Below, piece after piece: positions 1-61,846 of a DNA stretch of 64,000 nt. The notes beneath the pieces were generated by a model. That model was not told the DNA's origin and did no database searches. It saw only the letters and a program-made list of their open reading frames with translations. This DNA comes from Octopus vulgaris (Eukaryota). The stretch is taken from contig OX597830.1 in assembly GCA_951406725.2 (NCBI GenBank), positions 56,482,001-56,546,000 on the forward strand, in the 5' to 3' direction. How positions within the stretch are numbered: the first letter of the stretch is position 1; every line of letters begins with the position of its first letter. The translations under genes were made by a program, and so were the position numbers.

Positions 1-294
1 TTCTAGTGGTTTTTGGTACATGAGAATGTCCAAATGCAGTGAAAAGGGCTTTGCTTGTTTCTCCAGGTTTCCCATGTAATTTGCGGAGAATATTCCTTAA
101 ATCCCTAGCTGTCACAGTCTTGGAGATCCCACAATTGGATTGCTTCTGCCCTGGCAAAGGTCCTTCAGGAATTGTCTAGCTGTGCCCACACGATGACCTA
201 ACTTCTCTGCAATGACATGAAGAGAGGTGCCTTTAGCACTTTCTTTGATGATGACAGACTTTTCTTCATCATTAAGACCTTTTCCATGTCCCTT
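1..294 (-). mobile_element. Tc1/Tc3-like transposase N-terminal (paired HTH) remnant, frameshifted, runs off the window
   Basis: Minus strand reads GHGKGLNDEEKSVIIKESAKGTSLHVIAEKLGHRVGTARQFLKD, then after a frameshift SKTVTARDLRNILRKLHGKPGETSKALF...VPKTTR, matching the Tc1/Tc3 DNA-binding region pattern. Confidence 0.7.
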
Positions 295-2671
295 TCTTCT
301 TAGAGAGGAGCAAAGGTATTAGCGTGGTTCACCCAAAAACTGAAGAATCTGAAATACAAAAAAAGAATAATACACAGAATAATGAAAACAACAATGATGT
401 TGCCATAGAGTGCAAACCAGCTGGGAAAAGTTTTATCAAAACTGATTTACAGAAAACCAAGAAATCCTAAATTTCCCTCCTATGCTATTAGCATGGTTCT
501 GGGTGTACATTGATTTGTATGCCAAAAAATATATGGTATTATATCTGTGAAAGAGAGAAAAATAATTGAAGATGGTCTGCTGGACCAGGGCAGATTTGGA
601 GTTAATCCTTTGGCATTCAGGTTACCGTTTCAAATAATGTTTATTGATTCATATCGTTTTGAAATAATCATGCATTGTCTTGTGGAGTTGAGATTTCAAT
701 GATGTGATAGTTTAGTTTTAGAATGATATTGTAAGAGGCCAGATCTGGAGAATCTGAACATGAAATAGGTAGAATATTTGCGCCAGACATGGCTGGTTTA
801 AAAGCCAAAATGGTAAACAATGACAACAATAACAACAGTAATACAAACACAAAGATGTTTACAATTCCAATAAAATTAATCAGTAAATGGAAAATGTAAA
901 ACAAAGTAGAAAACAGGGTCATAGAAGTGGGTATTTATGAGTGGTGAGTCAGGATTTGGGACATGTTAGAATAAGATGTGGCTTATACAGAAATGATGGT
1001 TAAGTTACAAGGAGGATTATAAAAACTGGAGTTTAGAGAAGAAATAACACTTAACTTTGGAAGGAAAATCACAGCTGTTTTGGGACAGAACCACAATCCA
1101 AACATTAGCAGGGATATTTGATAAAAACAGCACTGTATCTGATAAAACCATAAGTACAGTTGCTGATAAATTACCAAGTATTACAGGTGGTAAAATATTG
1201 AGTCCAAGGGATTGATTAAGCAATAAGATTTATATATAAAAAGTAATAAGGAATAGGGTGGATAAAACAATAGGTCAAATGGACTATATTTTAAATAAAA
1301 CAATAGGTAGGTGGGTATCAAGGGCAACAGTTAGAGTGGAAGTACATGTTATGAACGAGCTGTGATTGGATTAACAACTGGATTTATATATATATATATG
1401 TATATATATATGTGTGTATATATATATATGTGTGTATGTATATATATATATATATATATGTATTCCATTGGGTGACAAGTTCAAAAGGAAGCTATATCCA
1501 GGCACTTCGGATAAAACACTTAAAGATATATCTATATACATACATACATGTATGTATGTATGTATGTATGTATGTACACACACTCACCCACACACACTCA
1601 AATATATATATATATATTGTAGTTCATAACAAGCATTGTGGAATGCTGTTAAAAGTGAATTACAACTTCACACTGTCGCAAGTTGGGGTAAAAAGACAAA
1701 GGCCAAACAAAGATTTATACTTTTTTATCTCTTTTTACAATATTTTGGCAAAAAAGGCCCACATCAAGATAAAACAATGACTGATCTTAGCTCTGTTCCG
1801 CATACTTATATAGAGAAATGGGGAAATAAGTTGTGACATTCAGAGACAGGTAGTGTTAAATTGGGCAGTTAACTTTGTGGTTGATGGTGCACTTTAATAA
1901 ATTAATTATTGAAAATGGTGCAGGTGTCCATGTAATTAAGTTTGTTTCTCAAGCACATGATTTTGGATTCAGCCCATCTGTGTGGCAATGACACCTTGGG
2001 CAAGTGTCTTCTACTATAGTCCAGGGGTCATCTACAGCTTTGTGACTAAATTTGGCAAATAGAAACTGAGAGAAGCCTATTACCATCATCATCATTTAAT
2101 GTTCATTTTCCATGCTGGCATGGGTTAGATGGTTTGGCAGGACTACACTAAATAATTCTGTTGTCTACTTTGGCTTGTCTTCTACAGCTGGATGCCATTT
2201 CTAATGCCAACCACTTTACAGAGTGTAGTGGGTTCATTTTACGTGACATCACTACCATGCATGCATGTATGAGAGGGACTCCTTTTCTTGATATCATGTG
2301 ACAGTTGTAAACAAAAGTCACAGTTACACAAGTGGTGTCCATTGTTTCCAATCTTCTTTGAAATCCGGTCTGGCTGTGGGAAATATTGCTTTACTTGCAT
2401 ACAAGTGATGGTGGGTGACAGGAAGGGCATTTGGCTAGAGAAAACCTGTCGTGACAAATTCTACCTGGCCCATGTGAGCATAGAAAAGTGGTTGTTAAAA
2501 TGATGATGGTCTCTTCTCATATTTCTAATATTCCATTCTGCATTTCTGAGGGTGATATGTTCTGGTTATAACTTATCTTCAAGAGGTTTTCAAACCAAAG
2601 ACACATTTGTGTAAATGTGTTCCATTGATACAGACCTGCAGTTTGTAAACGGTATCCCAGTGCCAATGTAA

Positions 2672-2909
2672 TACCTATTTCTTTATTACCCACAAGGGGC
2701 TAAACACAGTGAGGACAAACAAGGACAGACAAATGGATTAAGTCGCTTATATCGACCCCAGTGTGTAACTGGTACTTATTTAATCGACCCCGAAAGGATG
2801 AAAAGCAAAGTCGACCTCGGTGGAATTTGAACTCAGAATGTAGCGTCAGAGGAAATACCGCTGAGCATTTCGCCCGGTGTGCTAACGATTCTGCCAACTC
2901 GCCGCCTTT
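2672..2909 (-). mobile_element. SINE family B copy with 14-bp TSD ccaatgtaatacct (2663-2676 / 2912-2925)
   Basis: tRNA-like head (TGGCAGAATCGTTAG ... GAGTTCAAATTCC) and central GACTTTGC(C/T)TTTCATCCTTTCGGGGTCG block. Dozens of copies, e.g. 11804-12040, 31399-31630, 50860-51075 and clusters at 19070-19860, 27610-28320, 54560-55400, 59530-60660. Confidence 0.8.
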
Positions 2910-3703
2910 ATCCAATGTAATACCTTTTGAGCATATTATATGCTATTTAGTATACTATATTAGATCATGAATACATATCCACCTTGTAGATTGGGTAGTT
3001 GGCCACTGTACACACACTATTGCTGTGTTGGGGCTGATTGTGAAACAGACATTTTCTCAGGAAGGCCCAGAGATTGTGGTTGCATATCCAGTTTTTCCCC
3101 TCCAGATCACTTGGCAGATAACAGTAGTAACTGCTGTCGATGTGTAACAGCTTTAGAAATTACTGTTACTGGAACTGTTTAGCTTCAGTTGGGATTTATA
3201 ATATGAGGCTATTTTGGGGTGATAAATATTAGAGGATAAAAATCTTATGCAGTGAGCAAATATGGCATGCAATAAGTGTGACATTTTCAAACTGCACCAT
3301 ATGTGTAAAAGAACATGTTCACATGAATATTTCTTTGATGAGAAATTATTGTAATCAAGACATTTTAGTTACCATCAAACAAAACCACTGAAGGAATTAT
3401 TGTTATTGAAAATCTGGAAATAAAAGAATCCATTCTTAATAAAATATTGAAGCCCAATCTTGATTTGAAAGGGGCTTTTTAAGCCAAAATATTGACATAT
3501 AAAAATGTTAATTTTTGTTTCCGTCATAATTCCTTTATTTCCAACTTGCATTCAAAAATACTTAGGAATATACACAAATATACAATATGTATGCATGCAT
3601 GCATATAAACACATGTATATCAGTGCATGTGTGTGTGTGTGTGTGTGTGTGTATAAACAATATATATGTCTGAAAGGGATAGAACCGAGTATGACAGAGA
3701 TAC

Positions 3704-3772
3704 CTGGGGAATTGTCCAGAATGTCTTCTAGACATTTTATAATTACGTCGCATAGTTTTTCGTGTCTGTTCT
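3704..3772 (-). CDS. DMXL2: candidate 69-nt symmetric DMXL exon
   Basis: tatttttcag| and |gtatct. Open in both phase 1 (ENRHEKLCDV...) and phase 2 (EQTRKTMRRN...). Confidence 0.35.
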
Positions 3773-4070
3773 CTGAAAAATAAGGTTTGGTTGCAGGGAG
3801 GAAGGAAAAAATAGAGTTTATCATTTTGTCTCTGATAGGGCATTTAAAGAAATGTTTATTTATAACTTGGTAAGTTGCTAGAAAGAGCAGCACCCAGGAC
3901 CTGTATAATCAGTGGAGGAGGTGTTACCCTTAGACCAATAATCTAGTTTGCTAAATGTAACCAAGGGACAAGTAGTAGTAGTATTAATTCTATTACTGCA
4001 GAAGGCAGATGTGTTTCACTCAAAATTTCGTTTCCCTTAACTGCAGAAAGCAATTTATATACCAACCTAC

Positions 4071-4111
4071 CTTTTTGAAGAAACATTTTCTGTTGGGATA
4101 TGTCAAGTTTA
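4071..4111 (-). CDS. DMXL2: candidate 41-nt DMXL microexon (SKLDISQQKMFLQK)
   Basis: ctttag| and |gtaggt, open when spliced to the phase-2 donor at 4832. Confidence 0.4.
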
Positions 4112-4498
4112 CTAAAGCAATATGACTAGCAAAAAATTACCAATTCTACCATTTGGTAGATATCCAAACATCATTACTGGAATAACCATGAAATATTTAT
4201 TTTCACAGTGAAAGGGTTCAATTGGATGATGGATTAGGTGCAACCTCATCCCTACAAAAAAAAAAAAGCAATCTATTCCTTAGACATAAAAGTAGTTTCT
4301 ATCTGACCAATTTAATCCCAAGGTTTGAACTGACTCAAAAATATACTGGAAACAAAAACTGTCGAAAGTGCTATGCATCAGATTGACTCCTGGACCTATA
4401 TAATTGCAGAGCAATAATTTATACAACTTTGATGAACCAACAAGGTAACCGCTATGTAATCTGCTAGATGTAACAGTTATATGTTTTTGCTTCTAAAG

Positions 4499-4760
4499 CA
4501 GTGGATCCCAACCATTTTTGCACCATGGACAGTTTTTATGCAAGGCAATTTTTCCATGGATTGGAGCATCGTCCACATAACAAAACAAAAATAAAGTGCA
4601 TAATATATAATTTAATTATTACATATATAATACACGTATAATGCAAAAACACCTTGCAGGCTGTAATAGTCGATAATACAGAAATAAAATTTAAATATAT
4701 ATATTCTTTCTGTGTGACTTGATACCAAATGATCCCATGCTCAGTGGTTGGGGCCCCCCG
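4499..4760. mobile_element. hAT-Charlie (MER1-like) non-autonomous DNA element
   Basis: Imperfect TIRs cagtggatcccaacc / ggttggggccccccg, MER1-like 5' sequence (ccatttttgcaccatggac...aatttttccatgga), ctaaag-containing flanks on both sides. Confidence 0.6.
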
Positions 4761-4831
4761 ACCCTAAAGACTTTTGCTTGTTTTAGAAATGAAAACAATT
4801 TCTCAAATGAAATCTAAATCATTGTACTCAC

Positions 4832-53511
<48,680 letters not shown>

Positions 53512-53644
53512 CTAAAAGATAGAAATGTGAAATGGTAAAAATAACACAAAACAGACAACAAAATTATTACGGGTTATTAAAGGTATATATTTTTCGATGC
53601 CTTCTTTCAAGATGTGAAAATAATTAACCCTTTTGTTACCATAT

Positions 53645-54055
53645 AGGCGCAGAAGTGGCTGTGTGGTAAGTAGCTTGCTTACCAACTACATGGTTCCGGG
53701 TTCAGTCCCACTGCATGGCACCTAGGGCAAGTGTCTTCTACTATAGCCTCGGGCCGACCAAAGCCTTGTGAGTGGATTTGGTAGACGGAAACTGAAAGAG
53801 GCCCGTCATATATATATATATATATACATATGTACATGTATGTATATGTCTGCATGTCTGTGTTTGTCCCCCACAACATCGCTTGACAACTGATGCTGGT
53901 GTGTTTACTTCCCCCGTAACTTAGCGGTTCGGCAAAAGAGACCGATAGAATAAGTACTAAGCTTACAAAGAATAAGTCCTGGGGTCGATTTGCTCAACTA
54001 AAGGCGGTGCTCCAGCATGGCCACAGTCAAATGATTGAAACAAGTAAAAGAGTAA
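53645..54055 (+). mobile_element. SINE family A copy nested in a piggyBac-like MITE
   Basis: Full-length match. Interrupts an element starting ttaaccctttt at about 53624. Confidence 0.8.
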
Positions 54056-55814
54056 ATTGTAGTTGGCTTTGATGCAATTATTTTTGGAAATAATGAAGAA
54101 TTTAATAAAATATCTGTCTTTATCAAGCTGGTGTTAGGAACATTATTCAACATGAAATCTTGGTGGGAGGTTTTGGTATAGAACACCTTAACCCTTTTGT
54201 TACTATGTTTCTGTTGGACTACTATGCCTTTTGTGTCAATTCATTCTCAAAAATAATAAAGAATTTGGCAAAACAACTTTGTCATTACTAGGCAAATGTT
54301 TACAACATGAATGTTTAGTTTAGATCACTTTAAAACAAGAAGTTTGTCTTCTAGAACCAGGGGCATTCTTTAGCAGGTTGCTATTCAAAGAGTTAACACT
54401 TTCATCTACAGTCGTTACTGCTTATACTAATGTCAATGACCCCATAAAGACAGGCACCCACCCCTCTATAGTTTACAACCCCAGTCAAGTTCTGTGGAGG
54501 ATACATTTGATTATATTCCTCCTATAAAACTGGCACCCTTGTGTCAATGTTTGTAATTATTATTTCTGCCAAGGTTGACATTGCTTTTCAGCTTTGTACC
54601 AGTTAAGTACTGGGATCAATGTAATTGACTACCTCAACCATCTAAAATTGCCGGTCTTGTGCCAAAATTTGAAAGCAATTAACATTCTTCTTCGTATTCT
54701 TATTCTTATTTTTCCTAAGGTGACAAGCTTGTCCATCCTTACATTGAGTTCAACTTCTGCTGAGGTCGACTTTGCCTTTCGTCCTTTCAGAGTCAATGAA
54801 ATAAGTACCAGTTACGCACTGGGGTCAATTTAACAGACTATCCCCCTCCCCCATAATTTCAGGCCTCGTGCCTATAGTAGGAAGGATTCTTCTAATTATT
54901 ATTGTAAAGGTGTTGAAGTGGCAGAACCATTAACATGCAGGGCAAAATGCTAAGTGGTATTTCGCTTAGCTTTATGTTCTGTGCTCAAATACCCACAAGA
55001 TTGATTTTTGCCTTTCATCTTTTCAGGGCTTGTACCTAGGGTAGAAAGTATTATTGCTATATTGAGAGAATTGAATTGGCAGTTGTTAGCACTTTGGACA
55101 AAATTCCTTGTAGTATTCGTTCCAGTTCACTATGAATGGAACTGGAATCCTGCCATGGTCAGCCCTACTTTTCATCCCTCTGGAGTCGAGAGGATAAAGC
55201 ACCAGTCAAGTACTAGAATCAATATAATCAACTGCTCCCTTCCCCTCAAAATTACTGGCCTTGTGCTTAATTCAGAAACAAAAAGGGCAGAGTCTAGCAG
55301 AATTGTTAGAGCATTGTGGTATTTCTTTATTGCGAGGTCAAATCCTGCTCAGTCCAGCTTTGCCTTTCATCTCTTTGGTGGGGTCAATAAAATACAAGTC
55401 AAATACTGTAGTCCAATGGTATCAATTAACCCTTTAGCATTCAAATTATTCTGTCAAATGTAAAGCTTTTTTTTATATTCTCATCGTTTTAAATAATCAT
55501 GTATTAACATGAGGCTTTAAGATTTTGATGATGTGATTGGTTTATTCATAGAATGACATTGTAGGGTAGGTGTGACATGCAGGATCTGGCCAGTTTGGAC
55601 ATTAAATAAATAGAATGCTTGGGCTGGACATGGCTGGTTCAAATGCTGGCTGGAAAGGTGATGATCCCGAAATGGACTTGTGAAACAGTAGTTGGGGCCT
55701 CACATCAGTAAAGCAGGGGGCTAGTGTACTGTAAAGCTGTTGAGAGGAAGCCCACCCCACCCCCCACACATTGAGCATTCTTCCCCGATGATCACTGACA
55801 TCCAGTATGTGCGG

Positions 55815-56405
55815 GGCAGAAACGTTAGCACACCAGGCGAGATGCTTAGTGGTTATTTCGTCTGCCATTACGTTCTGAGTTCAAATTCCGCCGAGGTCGA
55901 CTTTGCCTTTCAACCATTCGGGGTCGATTAAATAAGTACCAGTTACGCACTGGGGTCGATATAATCGACTTAATCCGTTTGTCTGTCCTTGTTTGTCCCC
56001 TCTGTGTTTAGCCTCTTGTGGGTAGTAAAGAAATAGGTATTTCGTCTGCCGCTACGTTCTGAGTTCAAATTCCGCCGAGGTCGACTTTGCCTTTCATCCT
56101 CTTGGAGTTGATTAAATAAGTACCAGTTACGCACTGAGGTCGATGTAATCGACTTAATCCGTTTGTATGTCCTTGTTTGTCCTCTCTGTGTTTAGCCCCT
56201 TGTGGGTAGTAAAGAAATAGGTATTTCGTCTGCCGCTATGTTCTGAGTTCAAATTCCGCCGAGGTCGACTTTGCCTTTCATCCTTTCGGGGTCGATTAAA
56301 TAAGTACCAGTCACGCACTGGGGTCGATATAATCGACTTAATCCGTTTGTCTGTCCTTGTTTGTCCTCTCTATGTTTAGCCCCTTGTGGGTAGTAAAGAA
56401 ATAGG
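55815..56405 (+). repeat. head-to-tail trimer of SINE family B (184-bp period)
   Basis: Units start at about 55851, 56036 and 56220. Only the first carries the A-box head. Confidence 0.9.
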
Positions 56406-58361
56406 TCTTCAACTGACTGCACTTGCAAACTTGTTTCCAAGACTCTATTGAGTTCAAATGTCACTGAGGTTGACTTTGCCTTTCATCCTTTTGGTATTGA
56501 TAAGATAAAGTATCAGTCAAGTACTGGGTTCTCATTGCCACTGCCACTATCATCAACACTGTCATCACCATTACTCACCTTATCAACTACCATTACCATC
56601 ATCACTACCATCCCCTCTACCATCATCATCACTATCACCATCAACACCACCACTTCTATCATTATTACAGTCATTTAAAAAAAATATCACTTTTACCATC
56701 AACACCATTAAAAATACCAACATCACCATCACTATTATCATTGCTAGTGGCGGAAGAACTGTTAGTGCATTGGACAAAATACTTTGCGGAATTTCTTCTG
56801 GCCCTTTATGTTTGGAGTTCAAATTCAGCAGAGGTCGACTTCAATTTTCATCCTTTCGGAAGTTGGTAATATAAAAACCCAGTTGAGCACTGGGGTCGAT
56901 CTAATCGACATGCATCCATCCACCCCCAAAATTGATGGCCTTGTGCCAAAATTTGAAACGATTATTATCACCATCATTATTTATCACCCTCACCAATATC
57001 CCAACCAAAACCACCACCACCACATCATCATCATCATCATTGTTTAATGTCCGCTTTCCATTCTAGCATGGGTTGGACGGTTCAACTGGGGTCTGGGAAG
57101 CCATGGAGGCTGCACCAGGCTCCAGTCTGATCTGGCAGTGTTTCTACAGCTGGATGCCCTTCCTAATGCCAACCACTCCATGAGTGTAGTGGGTGCTTTT
57201 TATGTGCCACCGACACAGGTGCCAGATGAGGCTGGCAAAAGGCCACGCTCGGATGGTGCTTTTTACGTGCCACCAGCACGGAGGCCAGGCGAGGCTGGTA
57301 ACGGCCACGATCGGATGGTGTTTGTTATGTGCCTCCAGCATGGAGGCCAGTCGATGCGGTCTCCGTGCTGGTGGCACATAACAAACACCATCCGATCGTG
57401 GCCGTTGCCAGCCTCGCCTCACAACAACAAATATCTCCATTATTATCACCCTCACCTCCATCACTAACTTTACCACCACTGCCACCACCAATGCCACCCC
57501 AAGTGTTTTGACATTTGGTTCCCTATATTTGGTTTGAAATGAAAAGTGTGTGCATGTGCGTGTGTGTATCCATTCTGTTTTCATTCATCCTGTCTACCTT
57601 CGAGTGTTCATTCCATTCATTCTCCTATTCATTCATCCCATTTCATCATTCAATCGCTTGCTTCATTTACTGGTTTATATTTTTATCATTTAGAAACGCA
57701 TGTGAGCGTGTACATGTATGTGTGTGTGCATGTGTGTGCATGTATGCGCCGTGTGACTGTATGACTGTGTGCAATGTATGTCTGTGCATTATCTTGTTGC
57801 CATATGTTTGTTGATAAGGAAAGCAATAACAACAGTTAATGGATATGGTAATGTGTGATGGGGGTGGGGCAGATAGAGAGAGAAGGAGAGAAGGGGTAAA
57901 GAGAGAGAAGGAGAAAAGGGATAGATAGACAATGAACAGCAGAGATGAAGGAGGAGGAGAAAGGAAGCAGTGGTGGAGGTGGTGGCAGAGAGAGAGAGGT
58001 TGAAATGGAAGAACTGGAGTTAATATAACATATACACACAAAGTCAAACACAGACAATTACACATACAGAGGCACACACACACACACTACTGCATACAGG
58101 CACACTTTCATACAGAGTTGAGGGTATGCACACATAGACCCACACACACACTACCATGCATGCACAGAGACACGGATACACACACGACTACCTCACACAG
58201 GCACCAAAGTACACACACAGACACATACACAGTTAGATTAAGCAATGCACCACAATGTGGATTAATCAATAAAAATTTATACTAAACTCTTAACTACTAA
58301 TGACATCTTAGTTGTATATAACAACAGCAGCAACAGCAACAACAACAGCAGCAGCAATAGT

Positions 58362-59140
58362 GGAGGCACAATGGCCCAGTAGTTAGGGCAGTGGACTCGC
58401 GGTCGGAGGATCTCAGTTTCGATTCTCAGACCAGGCGTTGTGTGTGTTTATTGAGCGAAAACACCTAAAGCTCCACGAGGTTCCGGCAGGGGGTGGTGGC
58501 GACCCCTGTTATACTCTTTCGCCCCAACTTTCTCTCACTCTTTCTTCCTGTTTCTTGTCCCTGACTTCCTACGCAACCACTGAGCCTGGATGCACATTCA
58601 TCCATCCGGCGATGCTCTCTGTGTCGGGGGTTGACCTGCTTTCTCTTCTGCAGGTCTTATGAATAGCAAAGGACCACGTTTCGGACTTCTCTCATCTTGC
58701 GAGCTCTGGGACGAAGACCGTTCGCTCAACAGCAACAGCACCATCACCACCATGGAGGCGCAATAGCCCAGTAGTTAGGGCAGCAGACTCATGGTTGGAG
58801 GATCGTGGTTCCGATTCCCAGACCAGGCGTTATGTGTGTTTATTGAGCGAAAAACACCTAAAGCTCCACGAGGCTCCAGCAGGAGGGGGGGACCCCTGTT
58901 GTACTATTTTGCTCCAACTTTCTCTCACTCTTTCTTCCTGTTTCTTGTCCCCGACTTCCTACGCAACCGCTGAGCCTGGATGCGCATTCATCCATCTGTC
59001 GATGCTCTCGGTGTCGGGGGGTGGGGGTGACCTGCTTTCTCTTCTGCGGGTCTTACGAATAGCAAAGGACCACGTTTCGGACTTCTCCCATCTTGCGAGC
59101 TCTGGGACGAAGACCGCTTCACTCAACAGCAACAGCAGCA
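58362..59140 (+). mobile_element. tandem pair of SINE family C copies
   Basis: Two full copies matching 12873-13252, in a (CAG/CAA)n tract. Confidence 0.85.
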
Positions 59141-61229
59141 ATATCAAGAACAATAATGTGAGCCCTTTTAACAGGAACCCACCTCAGATCATCTCTGGTT
59201 CTATGATACAAACTTCCTGTTTTAAAGCAATCTAAATTAAAACCCTTTATCGAAATCCCTTGTTTATTTATGCTCCAAACACCAGCTTTAAAACGGACAA
59301 AGTTAATTTAGAACTCATTATTACTTCCAAAAATTAGTTGAAACAAAAGCAAGAGAAATATATATGGTGCCAAGAGGGTTAAAGATATTTGTGAAGCAGC
59401 AAAAAAAAAAAAAGGAAAAAAAAGGAAACTTCTCTGTGGCAAGTCAACCTGTTAGAAACAACAGCCAAATTTCCCTCAAATCACCACACACCCTAATATA
59501 ATAATAATATAATGATTTTTTTACTAGACTTGCCACAAGGCCAGCAGTTTTGTAGGGAGAGGGCATGTCACTTACGCTAGTCCTTGTACTTGACTGGTAC
59601 TTTATTTTATCAACTCTGTAAGGACAAAAGGCAAAGTTGACCTAGGATGGGATTTGAACTTAGATTGTAAACAACCATAAGAAATGCAATTCAGCATTTT
59701 GTCTGATACACTAATGATTCAACCAATTTGCTACTTTTCGATCTTAGAATTATAACAATAATAATAATAATAATCTTTTCTACCATAGGTACAAGGCCTG
59801 AAACTTTGGAGGAGAGGGGCAGTTGATTACATTGAGCCTGAAATGATAAAAGGTAAAATTGACCTCGGCAGAATTTGAACTCAGAACGTAGTGACTGGCG
59901 AAATACTGCTAAGAATTTCGTCTGGCACACTAATGATTCTACCAGCTCGTTGCCGCCATCACCATCATCATCATAACAATAATAATAATCTACTAATAAG
60001 ACAGGGAGATCATAGCTGGAGTGTCTTTCATCATAGGTCTGCTTTAACAGGGCTGACCTAAGCTAAGCAACAATAATTTGTCTTTCAGGATTTCTTAAAA
60101 CCCCCAAAATAATGCTTCCTGACATTGTCACAAGGACCCTGTAAATGAATGATATTTGGTTTCATAAACCATGATATCAATAACAATTTATTTTTTAAAT
60201 AACTGTTTTAAATTTCAGTACAAGGCCAGCAATTTTTAGGGGAAGAAGGTAAGTTGATCACGTCAACTCTCGTTCTTGACTGGAACTTTATTTTATCAAC
60301 CCAAAAGGATGAAAGGCACAGTCGACCTTGGTGAGATTTGAACTGAGTATGTAAAAGAGTTGGAAAAAATGTTGCTAAATATTTTGTCTGACATTAATAA
60401 TTCTATCAGTTTGCAATTTCACTAATAAATATCAATAATAATTATTTTTAATATAGGGACAAAACCAGCAACTTTCAAGGGAGGGAGACGTCGAATACAT
60501 TGACCCTCCCCAAAGTACTTTACTGATACTTTATTTTACCAACTCTGAAAGGATGTCAGACAAAGTTAACCTCAGAGGGATTTGAACTCAGAACATAAAC
60601 AGCTGGAAAAAACGCTGCTGAACATTTTGTTCAACAAGCTAATGACTCTGCCAGTTAACTGCATCACTAATAATGATAAAAATAATAATTACTATAACTG
60701 CAATAAATGAGGGGGGGGTCATTATAGGGATTTATGATGGTAAATGTCACCATCATCATCGTTTTAACATCTACTTGCATGAGTCACATGAGAGTATGTT
60801 GGGGGTAGAGTCTTCTATAGCTGGATGCCCTACATGTTAACCCCAACTTGTTTATAAGTGAGGCAAGAATCTCTTTGTCTACTGGACAACAAAAACTTGT
60901 ATGCTTTATGCAGAGAACTGGAAACAAACGACACCACATGGATGAGCCTTTTGCAAACAAAAGGCTCATGTCAAAACAAGTCAAGAGGCCTGAACATGCT
61001 TTCATGGTCATTGTTTACAACCAGCAAACACACATGAAGGGAAATATGAACACACACACTATTTGGAGTTAGGAAGGGCATCCCAGCTGTAGAAGCCATG
61101 CCAAAGCAGACATAGAACCTTGTGGAGTCTTCTGGCTTGTCTGTATTTTGCAAACTGTTCAACACATGCAGGCATGGAAAAAGGACATTAAATGATGAAG
61201 ATGATATATATATATATATATATATATAG

Positions 61230-61556
61230 GAGGAGACCCTCTTCGGTCATGAATGACCATGGGATTGCACCTAGAAAGTTACCCTCCTAGGCACAAGCCC
61301 GGACAAGGTTGTTTATGGAAGTCCAGCAGTCACCCATGCATACCAGCTTCCACTTTCCATACCAGCGATGTTATCCAAGGGAAAGACAAGGGCCGATACA
61401 GCTTGGCACCAGTGACGTCGTAACTCATTTCTACAGCTGAGTTAACTGGAGCAACGTGAAATAAAGTGTCTTGCTCAAGAACACAACATGCAGTCTGGTC
61501 TGGGAATCAAACTCACAACCTCACGATCGTAAGCTCGACACTAACCACTGCACCTT
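61230..61556 (-). mobile_element. another tRNA-headed SINE family (E)
   Basis: Minus strand has a tRNA-like head and ttcttgagcaagacacttta block. Its 3' part is also present at 52510-52625 (+). Confidence 0.65.
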
Positions 61557-61587
<31 letters not shown>

Positions 61588-61672
61588 TAATATATATATA
61601 TATATATATATAGAAATAAGAATATATATATATATATATATATATAGCTATATACACATATATATATATATA

Positions 61673-61710
61673 TACAGATGCGTTTCGGGGTATTGCCCCT
61701 TTTCAATGTA
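61673..61710 (-). ncRNA. putative minimal type I hammerhead ribozyme (U3-A8 core variant)
   Basis: TACA-TTGAAAA-GGGG-caata-CCCC-GAAA-CGCA-TC-TGTA. Confidence 0.45.
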
Positions 61711-61799
61711 GCGCAGTCAGACCGCAGGTGTCGCCACTGACGTCTCTGTTCGAAGGTTATATTTACTTAGTTTCAGAGAATTCGTAATTTTAATATTTC

Positions 61800-61846
<47 letters not shown>

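Noticed and set aside
500-570. Minus-strand acceptor ttctctctttcacag at 545 as the next DMXL exon
   Set aside because: No frame gives DMXL-like sequence and no WPG motif follows. The downstream sequence looks more like the end of the adjacent Tc1/mariner-type element.
1371-1780. ORFs rich in YI/HT/CV/poly-I/poly-Y here and at 11915, 35956, 42597, 45729 and 51021
   Set aside because: These are translations of (TA)n, (CA)n, (TAA)n and (TAC)n microsatellites.
4218-4251. Strong-looking minus-strand acceptor (t)n-gtag at 4252
   Set aside because: Splicing from 4832 gives RDEVAPNPSSN-stop and there is no convincing donor. A poison exon cannot be supported without reads.
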